DNA from: Eledone cirrhosa
Taxonomy: Eukaryota
Assembly: GCA_964016885.1 (NCBI GenBank)
Contig: OZ024740.1
Span: 248,248,001-248,312,000 of the forward strand
Length of the DNA: 64,000 bases
Direction of reading: 5' to 3'
Part shown: positions 1 to 12,196 of the stretch, piece by piece
Numbering within the stretch: position 1 is the stretch's first letter
Layout: each line of letters begins with the position of its first letter
Program-made: the position numbers and the translations under genes
The notes under the pieces: generated by a model
What the model saw: the letters and a program-made list of their open reading frames with translations, nothing else
What the model was told of the DNA's origin: nothing
Database searches by the model: none

Positions 1-818
1 ATGCTAAACACAGGTCAGATGTTGTTTATACCTGGCAGAAAAGAGGTAAGATATATCCATCCTTCTAAATTCAACCGTTATAAATACAAGGGTTGTTTAC
101 GCCCGCCAGACCAACCCCTTGGGAGATTCAAACCAAAGGTCAGATGATATATCTATCCTTCTAACTTCAACCCTTATAAATACAAGCGTCTTAACTATAT
201 ATGCTTTCCTGAGTACAGTGTAGATATGTGTATATTTATCAAAAATACCTTTGAATTAACTTTTTTGAAGGGCTATTTCAAGCATTCTTTTAAAAACGTT
301 CTTTTTACAGGGTTTTTCTTTTTGAAATGTCTGTTTTTTAAGGTATTTTGAGGGTGTGTTTATCTGAAACGTTCTGTTAAGTGTTTTTCTATTTTAAAAA
401 AAAAATTCTTTCTAAGTATTCGCTGCACATTCAATATCTACTGTGATTGTCGCATATAATACAGTTTCGGGTGTGTACGTGATTGCTGTGGGTGTATAAG
501 TGCTCGTATGTATCACGCCTGCGCGAAACATGGACATGGGTGAGGGCGCCTACAGGTTGAGAAGGCGGCGACAGGGCGCGAGCGGTTCAATCATACAACC
601 CCCTACCTCCTACAGTAGTAATTCCGATTTAAGAAACAACTTTGATTGACAGGTGGCGAATAAAAGGAACCAAATATAGGACGGCCATGAGTGGCCAAAA
701 ATACCGATGACGTGTACAATTCTTGACCACTCATAGAATGACAACAACAGGATCTAAGCTGCTGAGTGAGGGCCGCGGGTGTAACTGGATATTTGGAAAC
801 TCTGCTTCGTAGTATCGA

Positions 819-913
819 GACGTATCTGAGGACCTTGCGATTTCAGAGTCAGGTTCGATTATTGCATCGATCGTGCCTCGAGCTGGTCGTCAGAGAAACG
901 ATTGTAATATGTC
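819..913 (+). ncRNA. Type I hammerhead ribozyme, long stem II (family H1)
   Basis: GACGTAT-CTGAGGA-[62 nt]-GAAA-CGATTG-TA-ATATGTC. Stem I 7 bp, near-palindromic stem III. Element continues to (TA)n at ~1040. Confidence 0.8.
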
Positions 914-1036
914 TAATAAATGTTATTCGTCGCACCACTGATTCTCCGTTTCTTATGTGATATCATACTCTGTTATGTATGAGCATCGAGTGCTCAAAGG
1001 GCCTACCGCTTACGGACGCTTTAAGCATCCCACACC

Positions 1037-1095
<59 letters not shown>

Positions 1096-1121
1096 TGTGT
1101 GTGTTTGTATATATATGTCTG

Positions 1122-1191
<70 letters not shown>

Positions 1192-1226
1192 TTACAGTAA
1201 TCAAAGTTCAGTTTAAGTCATTTATT

Positions 1227-1273
1227 TGCTTACAATTGTTTCCTCCAAACCGAGGTTTGGATTCTTCGGAGCA
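1227..1273 (-). ncRNA. Type I hammerhead, C4 variant (family H2)
   Basis: Reverse complement of 4324-4370. Confidence 0.8.
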
Positions 1274-2820
1274 GTTATTTATAACATACTTGACCTCCTT
1301 TTCAACCCAAGAGACACATAAAACATATGTGCATATTGATCAACAGTGGGGTGACATTCATCAAATGAAATAGCATGGCAATTTACATATAAAGTGTTAC
1401 ATGATAAAAAATAAAGTGTTACATGATAAAATAAAAATAAAATAAAAGCAAGAGTGAAAATAAAGATAAACATGAAGCGTTGGCAGTCTATGAAGATAAA
1501 GCAAGAGGAAAGCTTAGAGTAGTCAGTGCATGAAGCAATTTCCCGTGTAGCATGCACGCTTGTCTTATCTATACATGATTAGAGTGCGTCAGAATGATAT
1601 TTGCAGGGTCATGCAGTTGAAGCAGGCAATTGATCTTATAATATATGCTGAATTATTAAGTTATTTATTCTCATACATCTGTATGATATACAGTCTCGGA
1701 TGCGGGGAAACATCAAAATATCAAAAACCTTCAACATACTAAAAACCTTATTGTATCGTAGGCAAGGTCGTACCACTGTCCTTGCTCACCACACCACTCA
1801 CATAATCCATGAGACGCAATATATATATAGAGAACATGCGTCTATCGTATAATTTGCATTGGTTCAGCATATAGTCAAGCTATAAACGGTATCCAGTCGG
1901 TTCTTAATTAATATATCATGCTGTCCAAATTCCGGAAGTGCCTGAATGATTAAGGGGAACTAATGCGTAAGGGGAGGTAACTAGCTAGTTATTTTAGTTA
2001 CATTACTATGCTAAACTACATTAATGGTGATTCAAATACGTGCCTATCATGTGAAGTTATAACTAATATCTAGAGTATGGTACCCATTTATAAGTTAGAG
2101 GGTTGTTCATTAAGAAGTACAAGGGTGTATATACTAGGATGATTGCCAACCAATAATTAAGGGGTGTCATATCTGAACGTTCTATAAGAGGAGTCGGACT
2201 CTCAAGTCACTGCTCAATGCAAATGTAATACAACAGTAGGACCTGGTATGGTCCCACTATTATATGTCACCCGTTAGGCTCCGGGTCATTGCTTGCCTGC
2301 ATTTCCAGTAAATCTTCGGTATGGTTCGGAGATCCGGTCTCTCATATAAACTAGTCTGGCCATCAGGTAATAGACAACCCCCGTCTCAAATATAAATCAA
2401 TTATGTATCACATCTCCAAGCTAGAGTGGAGTCTATTAATAGGTATTAAAGGAGTCCACATCAAGATGATTACGTGCATAATTCAATGAACTGATCGCCT
2501 ACAGTATATATTCACTTAACAAAACGATTATTTATCTAATCATCAATCTATCTCTTGGTGGTAATCCATGCACAGGACTATGCTATCGCAACCAGTACCG
2601 TGTCCCCAGTTTATACTAATCTTATATTTGTGCAATGCAGAATAAGTAGTTCACGGTCGGTGTATCGGTATTAGAGGTACAAGGGGGTATTCCCAGGGTA
2701 GGTGGCACTCAAACGCTGTCAGTATTATCTTTAGAGTATATAGATGGGTGTGGATGTGGGGTGTAAGGTGTGCTACTGGTGTTAATTGCTAGGGGTGGTG
2801 CCGGTTCCAGTCTGACATTA

Positions 2821-3303
2821 TTATATATAGGGTTTAAAGTTTTGGAACGAGTGTCGGAAGCGGTGTTGGCAATTTGCGAACACTTCTGATTTTTTATTAA
2901 GGAGATTACGTTTAGAGAAGATGATAGTATGGGTCTCTAGTAGACAGAGGTTACAAAATTTATCAGGTGGTTTGTACGATGTTGCACTACCTACCACTTC
3001 CCATTTAAGTGTATATATTTTATTTTTAGTTTTTAGATAGTGTATGTAGCTAGATAGTGAAGTGGAGTTGGCTAGACTGTGTTTTTTGAAAGAGTGGAGG
3101 TGCGAATTGTATCTAGTTTTGAAGCAGTTAGAAGTGGAGCCTATGTAGGTTTCAGAAGAGCTGTTAGTTGTGACTGTACATGAGTATATGATATCCTTGG
3201 TTAAGCATTTTTTATCTAAAGGGCAGGTTCTACTTGATCTACAGTTACAATTACTCTGGGTGCTAGTCTGCCGGTTACTATGCTGTGTAGAAGTTTGGAG
3301 GTT
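2821..3303 (-). pseudogene. PLE C-terminal GIY-YIG endonuclease fragment (Hydra-like)
   Basis: CNCRSSRTCPLDKKC...IIY...YIGSTSNCFKTRYNSHLHSF...CNLCLLE...LLNKKSE...CQH. The ORF's first codons run into the inverted arm. Confidence 0.85.
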
Positions 3304-4323
3304 AGCAATGACCCGGAGCCTACCGGGTGACATATAATAGTGGGACCATACCAGGTCCTACTGTTGTATTACATTTGCATTGAGCAGTGACTTGAGAGTC
3401 CGACTCCTCTTATAGAACGTTCAGATATGACACCCCTTAATTATTGGTTGGCAATCATCCTAGTATATACACCCTTGTACTTCTTAATGAACAACCCTCT
3501 AACTTATAAATGGGTACCATACTCTAGATATTAGTTATAACTTCACATGATAGGCACGTATTTGAATCACCATTAATGTAGTTTAGCATAGTAATGTAAC
3601 TAAAATAACTAGCTAGTTACCTCCCCTTACGCATTAGTTCCCCTTAATCATTCAGGCACTTCCGGAATTTGGACAGCATGATATATTAATTAAGAACCGA
3701 CTGGATACCGTTTATAGCTTGACTATATGCTGAACCACTGCGAATTATACGATAGACGCATGTTCTCTATATATATATTGCGTCTCATGGATTATGTGAG
3801 TGGTGGGGTGAGCAAGGACAGTGGTACGACCTTGCCTACGATACAATAAGGTTTTTAGTATGTTGAAGGTTTTTGATATTTTGATGTTTCCCCGCATCCG
3901 AGACTGTATATCATACAGATGTATGAGAATAAATAACTTAATAATTCAGCATATATTATAAGATCAATTGCCTGCTTCAACTGCATGACCCTGCAAATAT
4001 CATTCTGACGCACTCTAATTATGTATAGATAAGACAAGCGTGCATGCTACACGGGAAATTGCCTCATGCACTGACTACTCTAAGCTTTCCTCTTGCTTTA
4101 TCTTCATAGACTGCCAACGCTTCATGTTTATCTTTATTTTCACTCTTGCTTTTATTTTATTTTTATTTTATCATGTAACACTTTATTTTTTATCATGTAA
4201 CACTTTATATGTAAATTGCCATGCTATTTCATTTGATGAATGTCACCCCACTGTTGATCAATATGCGCATATGTTTTATGTGTCTCTTGGGTTGAAAAGG
4301 AGGTCAAGTATGTTATAAATAAC

Positions 4324-4370
4324 TGCTCCGAAGAATCCAAACCTCGGTTTGGAGGAAACAATTGTAAGCA
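4324..4370 (+). ncRNA. Type I hammerhead, C4 variant (family H2)
   Basis: TGCT-CCGAAGA-a-TCCAAACC tc GGTTTGGA-g-GAAA-CAATTG-TA-AGCA. Palindromic stem III ACAATTGT. Confidence 0.82.
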
Positions 4371-4576
4371 AATAAATGACTTAAACTGAACTTTGATTAC
4401 TGTAATCTCTATATAACTGCTCTGTATAACAACTGATGTTATTACATTGAGCTATTTATCTTACTGGTAATATGATAGTAATTAAAGACTATCTCTCACT
4501 ATTTAGGGTTTGCGTATATATAATATATTACCATCAAAGGTTTTATTGCATACATAACCATAAATAGTACTCTTAA

Positions 4577-4664
<88 letters not shown>

Positions 4665-4912
4665 TTGTATATATATATGTATATATATATATGTATGTCG
4701 GGTCACTCTTGAGTGCTACTGGTAACATGTAACTCAGTACAACCTGTCGCATGGTCGGGTCGTCGGTGACTAAACCGGCAACCCCACCAAGTTTACTTGG
4801 TGAGGAGGGAGGTTTTGGACACCCTGCAGGACCAAAAAAACAAAACCTGACAAAGGGTGGAAGAATTCAATGACCATCGAAAAATGTGTAAATATGAATA
4901 TATGTGTTTATG

Positions 4913-6928
4913 TGTAGCGAAATCTGTCCACGCCTTGAACCTTGGGTGACACCTAAAAGTCAAATTCTAGGTCACCATCCTTTTCGGTGTGGACAGGTTC
5001 ATGCGTGGGCGATCCCTCAAGGCAGAGAGTAAGAAAGCGACAGGTATATAAAGCCTATATTTTCCCACGTTTTACACACAGAGAGATCGGAGCCGTACTC
5101 TATAGACAAGGCTATGTAAATATTCACCGCTATCTATAGGCCGCTGTAGTCTACAAACAACAACAGACCATTACTCTCTCTCACTATGGTCTCAGACTAC
5201 ACCAGCCTCATGAACCAACAACAAAATAACATTGTCAACCTTCGAAACTCGTGGTAACTTGTTTATTGTTCTTTTTGACTGAAGTGAAGAAAACCTTTTT
5301 ATATATAAAGTAAATCAGCTATTTTTGTTATTTCATCTAACAACCACCACTTTTGATACCTGTGTTACATTGGTGACTACTACTAATACCCTGCGTTATA
5401 TTGGTGACCCCCGACATGATAAAAAAAAAAAAAGAAGTAGTATTTAAAAAAAAAACAACACTCAGCTTTCTGATCATGGCTTCCATTGCCAACATCAACA
5501 ACTTTCTCAACAGCAGCTTTCTCAGCAATATATAATTACCAAGCTTCTCATCTATATGGTACGATATGATAAAACTTCACTTTTTCAAATTATTCACCAA
5601 ACTTCCATTCTACGGAATATTTACAGTGACTTCGCTTCGATGTTTCGATTCATTTCCAAACACTTCACCACGTGCTTCGTAATCGCCAACAACAACAACA
5701 ACAACAGACAATACTACTAGCTTCCTAGCAAGAAAATGATCACATAAAGAAGAGAAAACTGAACTTTTTGTACAGAACAATTATATAAATATTTAAAAAA
5801 TCTTTTTTTTACAGGTTATATATGAACGTTCATTTTTATTTTATTATTTTTTTTACTGTATTATATGCCTGTATGAACATACACGTTTTGCATCAAACAC
5901 ATCATTTTCTTTATCACATACCAACACGTTTTTGTCTATGGTATGTTCTGGATTTGGTTGGGTTTCTGCGAGATCACTTTTCAACTGGTCGAGGTTCGGC
6001 AACAGCTATTAAACACATGAGAAACAACCCACGGGTACTATACGCCTGGACTCACTCAAGCACGCAACCTAAAATTGCACACACTCATATCATAGCATAA
6101 ACCTCGACTCACTGGAAAAGCATCTTACGTATGATGATACATCGAAAGAAATAGTCCTGTGTTATATCGTAATCTGATACCGCAACGCCGAACGTTCAGC
6201 CAGCCATACACAACAGTTCGAAATACATGATCACAACTTTGTATATTTACAGTTTCTTCTAAATGTTACACACACACATACATACACAGTTATACGATAT
6301 TTTTTTTTCTCTCTCTCCAAATTTCTCTGCACTCGAAATGCGGGCGCAGTACCCACATTTTGTGTGTTTTGGGACACGCTTCTAGGATCATATTTCGCTA
6401 CCCCTTTTGTAATCCATCGCTGCTCCTGCATCGATCTGGGTAGGGAACTAATGTAGCGAAATCTGTCCACGCCTTGAACCTTTGGTGACACCTAAAAGTC
6501 AAATTCTAAGTCACCATCCTTTTCGGTGTGGACAGGTTTATGCGTGGGCGATCCCTCGAGGCAGGGAGACAAAAAGTGACAGGTATATAAAGCCTATATT
6601 TTCCCACGTTTTACACACAGAGAGATCGAAGCCGTACTCTATAGATAAGCTATGCAAAGAAACACCGCTATCTACAGGCCGCTGTGGTCTACAGACCATT
6701 ACTCTCTCTCACTATGGTCTCAAACTACACCAGCCTCATGAACCAACAACAAAATAACATTGTCAACCTTCGCAACTCATAGTAACTTGTTTATTGTTCT
6801 TTTTGACTGAAGTGAAGTAAACCTTTTCATATATAAAGTAAATCAGCTATTTTTGTTATTTCATCTAACAACCACCACTTTTAACACCTTCGTTACATTG
6901 ATGACTACTACTAATACCCTTCGTTACA
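4913..6928 (+). mobile_element. Non-autonomous LTR retrotransposon (family A)
   Basis: LTRs 4913-5400 and 6452-6928 (TGTAGCG...CGTTATA/CGTTACA); TSD TATG; PBS TGGTGACCCCCGACATGAT (tRNA-Trp-like) at 5402; purine tract GGGTAGGGAA before the 3' LTR; no credible ORF inside. Confidence 0.9.
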
Positions 6929-7276
6929 TATGTGTATATGTATATGCATGTATACATATGTGTATATATGCGTGGGGACATAGAAATAGTCGGGCTAGAT
7001 ACCTGATTGCGCGGTTAAACCACTGGGAGTGAAGGACCCCTAGCCTTTGTCAAGGCATTCTTCCAGGAGAAGACAACTTAGGAAACTGGGATAACTCCGA
7101 CATAAAACCAGGGCTCAGTAGTTACCGATGAGGTTGATCTTTTCTTCTTTTCGGGTTATAGCTACTGTCGCCCAGAGAGTGGGATTGGCCCAGTGCACAG
7201 TCTTTCTTCATAGGCATTGTACGATAGCTTAATTGATAATTATTTATAATGTTATATTGTGCAATGGCCATACTCG

Positions 7277-7594
<318 letters not shown>

Positions 7595-7654
7595 CGTAAA
7601 ATAAGAAAATTAAAAAAAATTTTTTTTAAATTAACTTACTTACTAAAATTTTCA

Positions 7655-7734
7655 CTCCAACTAATTAGTTTCTGCAATGGGATAAAGACAGTTACGTAAT
7701 AAACTGTTGAGAATTTCATTGCGTCATCAGGGAG
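7655..7734 (-). ncRNA. Type I hammerhead (family H3)
   Basis: Reverse complement of 9178-9257. Confidence 0.85.
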
Positions 7735-8195
7735 GTCTATTCTCAGCTAAGTCGCCAGGCAATGCGCGGACACTGGGGATTCATATAAAAATAATAATAA
7801 TTCGGTAAATGGAACAGCTAACGGGGGCTGGATTCCATGCACTGAAAATCTCGCTGTCACTGGTCAAAAGATAGATTCTAAAGAATCAATCACGTGACAC
7901 TGAGGCTAGTCGGTAGGAGTGGGATGGTAAGATGACAGAAGCCTACTAACACACCAAAAAATTTAGTAGTGGTTTTGGCAGGTTTGCTCGACAAAGTGAT
8001 TTGGAGATAAATATAGAGAATTTAGTATATCTACTAACATATGCGTGCAGATGTACGCTAATGTCAGCAAATACACAGGTTATGTCATAGTACCTAGGTG
8101 GTTCAATGCAGGAGGATGCAGAACAATAATATAAAAGACTCAAAATAAGAAAATTTTAAAAAAATTAAAAAAAAATTAACTTACTAAAATTTTCA

Positions 8196-8275
8196 CTCCA
8201 ACTAATTAGTTTCTGCAATGGGATAAAGACAGTTACGTAATAAACTGTTGAGAATTTCATTGCGTCATCAGGGAG
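8196..8275 (-). ncRNA. Type I hammerhead (family H3)
   Basis: Same motif, second unit. Confidence 0.85.
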
Positions 8276-8735
8276 GTCTATTCTCAGCTAAGTCGCCAGG
8301 CAATGCGCGGACACTGGGGACTCATATAAAAATAATAATAATTCGGTAAATGGAACAGCTAGCGGGGGCTGGATTCCATGCACTGAAAATCTCGCTGTCA
8401 ATGGTCAAAAGATAGATTCTAAAGAATCAATCACGTGACACTGAGGCTAGTCGGTAGGAGTGGGATGGTAAGATGACAGAAGCCTACTAACACACCAAAA
8501 AATTTAGTAGTGGTTTTGGCAGGTTTGCTCGACAAAGTGATTTGGAGATAAATATAGAGAATTTAGTATATCTACTAACATATGCGTGCAGATGTACGCT
8601 AATGTCAGCAAATACACAGGTTATGTCATAGTACCTAGGTGGTTCAATGCAGGAGGATGCAGAACAATAATATAAAAGACGTAAAATAAGAAAATTTAAA
8701 AAAATTTTTAAAAAATTAACTTACTAAAATTTTCA

Positions 8736-8815
8736 CTCCAACTAATTAGTTTCTGCAATGGGATAAAGACAGTTACGTAATAAACTGTTGAGAATTTCAT
8801 TGCGTCACCAGGGAG
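8736..8815 (-). ncRNA. Hammerhead (H3) with core mutation CTGGTGA, probably inactive
   Basis: Plus strand reads tcaccag instead of tcatcag (A6G). Confidence 0.75.
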
Positions 8816-9177
8816 GTCTATTCTCAGCTAAGTCGCCAGGCAATGCGCGGACACTGGGGATTCATATAAAAATAATAATTCGGTAAATGGAACAGCTAGC
8901 GGGGGCTGGATTCCATGCACTGAAAATCTCGCTGTCAATGGTCAAAAGATAGATTCTAAAGAATCAATCACGTGACACTGAGGCTAGTCGGTAGGAGTGG
9001 GATGGTAAGATGACAGAAGCCTACTAACACACCAAACAATTTAGTAGTGGTTTTGGCAGGTTTGCTCGACAAAGTGATTTGGAGATAAATATAGCTGTTC
9101 CATTTACCGAATTATTATTATTTTTATATGAGTCCCCAGTGTCCGCGCATTGCCTGGCGACTTAGCTGAGAATAGAC

Positions 9178-9257
9178 CTCCCTGATGACGCAATGAAATT
9201 CTCAACAGTTTATTACGTAACTGTCTTTATCCCATTGCAGAAACTAATTAGTTGGAG
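9178..9257 (+). ncRNA. Type I hammerhead (family H3)
   Basis: CTCC-CTGATGA-c-GCAATG...ACAGTT/AACTGT...CATTGC-a-GAAA-CTAATTAG-TT-GGAG. Palindromic stem III ACTAATTAGT. Confidence 0.87.
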
Positions 9258-9721
9258 TGAAAATTTTAGTAAGTAAGTTAATTTTTTAAAATTCTTTTAA
9301 AATTTTCTTATTTTACGCCTTTTATATTATTGTTCTGCATCCTCCTGCATTGAACCACCTAGGTACTATGACATAACCTGTGTATTTGCTGACATTAGCG
9401 TACATCTGCACGCATATGTTAGTAGATATACTAAATTCTCTATATTTATCTCCAAATCACTTTGTCGAGCAAACCTGCCAAAACCGCTACTAAATTTTTT
9501 GGTGTGTTAGTAGGCTTCTGTCATCTTACCATCCCATTCCTACCGACTAGCCTCAGTGTCACGTGATTGATTCTTTAGAATCTATCTTTTGACCAGTGAC
9601 AGCGAGATTTTCAGTGCATGGAATCCAGCCCCCGCTAGCTGTTCCATTTACCGAATTATTATTATTTTTATATGAGTCCCCAGTGTTCGCGCATTGCCTG
9701 GCGACTTAGCTGAGAATAGAC

Positions 9722-9801
9722 CTCCCTGATGACGCAATGAAATTCTCAACAGTTTATTACGTAACTGTCTTTATCCCATTGCAGAAACTAATTAGTTGGA
9801 G
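9722..9801 (+). ncRNA. Type I hammerhead (family H3)
   Basis: Same motif 544 bp downstream. Confidence 0.87.
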
Positions 9802-9977
9802 TGAAAATTTTAGTAAGTAAGTTAATTTTTAAAAATTTTTTTAAAATTTTCTTATTTTACGTCTTTTATATTATTGTTCTGCATCCTCCTGCATTGAACC
9901 ACCTAGGTACTATGACATAACCTGTGTATTTGCTGACATTAGCGTACATCTGCACGCATATGTTAGTAGATATACTA

Positions 9978-10111
<134 letters not shown>

Positions 10112-10118
10112 ATATATT

Positions 10119-11380
10119 ACCCACTCTACTACCCAACTATCTTGCTCAGGGTCTACCTCTGTGTCTCTTGCCTGTTGGTTTTGCCCGTAAAATTTGTCCA
10201 GTGATTCTTTCTTGAGATTCTTTCTAACCACATGTCCCTAGTATCAGATCTGTAATCTCTCAATTCGGAGAAGTAGCGGCTCTACCTGGAGTGACTCTCT
10301 GATCTCCGAGATGCACACTTTATCGAGTAACGTTACTCCAAAGACCCTTCGGAGGGACCCCATTTCGGTCGCTTGTATTCGTGATCGTATTCGCAGTCAT
10401 TACCCAAGATTCATGACCATAGGTAAGGGTTGGCACGAATACCGAATTGAAGCTAACGAGTTTGGATTTTACGTCTACCCCCTTCTGATTACTGAATGCT
10501 GAAGCTGGTGCATTACTGCACCAGCTTCTGCAATTCTTGTACTTAATTCAGCTTCCTGCCTCCCATCACTTGTGAACACGGTACCGAGGTACTTGAACTT
10601 CTCTACCTGTTTAGTGGAACTATACATATAGAGTACACTGCACCGGCTTCCTTGAGAGGATGAGTGTCTCAGTTTTCGTAACACTGATTTTCATTCCAGC
10701 CAAGCAGCACTCGGCATCAAACTTATCAAGTGCAAGTCGGAGATCATCTTCTGTCGAGTTAAGTAACACCGTGTCGTCTGCAAATTCCAGCCGACTGATT
10801 TTACACCCGCCAATCGTGATAACACTTCCAGCCGGGCTGACACGTCAATCGTGTTCATGAATATAATGAACAGGAGAGGTGACAGTACGCACCATTGAAT
10901 GGTTTTGATTTAGCACCATTTATCCGAACACAATTACTCGGGCATTCATATAGAGATGTCAGGACAAGAAGCTGACCATCGATACCATACTTCTGCAGAA
11001 CCTTCCACAGCAGGTCCCGAGGAACGTGGTCATATGCCTTTTCAAGGTCGACAAAAGAAGAATATACTTCTTACCAATACTCCCAAGATTTCTCGAATAC
11101 CTGCCACAGTGTGAATATTTGGTCGGTTGTGCTGCCTCTGGGGTGAAAACCACACTGTTCGTCAGTTAGCTTGGACTTGACAATCTCCCTGCATCTTTTA
11201 GCCAGCCATTACGCGAGAGGCTTAACAAGGAGATCTCTCTGTAATTGGAACAACCTCTCGTCTTCCTTTCTGAAAATTGGGATTATCACTCCCGATTGCC
11301 ATTGCTTAGGTGCCCTTCCAGAGATCCAGACCACCCGGCACACACGAATCAGCCAGAGAATAACATCTTGGACCCGATTT
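10119..11380 (-). mobile_element. RTE-clade LINE, decayed 3' part
   Basis: RT fragments (KQVEKFKYLGTVFTSDGRQEAE...RI; FADD region ~10770). Homologous to 30235-32057. 3' end at (TA)n. Confidence 0.85.
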
Positions 11381-11552
11381 TATATATGTGTAGACCTATA
11401 TATTTATGTATGTATATATATCTTTATGTGTTCATCTGTGTAGGATTTAACATTTATAGACTTTACTCTAAACAATTTTTTTTATAAATATTTGTATTTT
11501 TATTATAATAGAATATATATATATGTGTGTGTTTGTGTGTGTGTCTGTGTGT

Positions 11553-11628
<76 letters not shown>

Positions 11629-12196
11629 ATGTAAGGTTGTGCATATGTGAGTGTATATACATATATATATACAATGTAATTTATAGAAATATTTTTACTT
11701 TTTTATATCTTTTATGTGTGTATATATAGATGCGTAGTTTTCTTGATGGAATTCTGTTAGAATAACGCCAAGTACCTTATTCACTCCATCTTTCTATCCA
11801 TCTCACGCATATGGATATGTAATATACAACAATTCAGGCTATAATATTGTAGTGACCTACATTCCGCGGGCTCACATACATTCTCTGTGCGTGATTTGGC
11901 TCAGTTCAGCCAATCAGCGCCAGTAGAAGAGGATGTATCCCTACGCGCCCCGAGGAAGAAATTCCCCGCGAAGATTTGAAGAATCTCTCTCTTGTACCGG
12001 GAACTTCGAGCCAACAACACGCATAATGTAACGGTGAGATTTTGCACCCCTAGCCTCGCCGGCTTAACGGCGCAATGGCACATTCCCTTTTGTAACCTCT
12101 TCTTATCTGTAACTTCAACCATATAAGTTAACAAACATTGTTTGTGCTACATCAAAAATAAACATACATTTCTTCTCTAATTTCTGCTGTTGAAAT

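Larger units (their letters stand above)
1187..4580. mobile_element. Hydra-like PLE insertion: 5'-truncated minus-strand copy plus inverted copy of its 3' UTR/pLTR
   Basis: Arms 1187-2293 and 3304-4410 are near-identical inverted repeats, with a GIY-YIG fragment in the spacer. (GA)/(TA)n on the left, (TA)n on the right. Confidence 0.85.

Noticed and set aside
1279-4318. Duplicated 92-aa and 60-aa ORFs on opposite strands
   Set aside because: A consequence of the inverted repeat of a PLE 3' UTR. No protein motifs.
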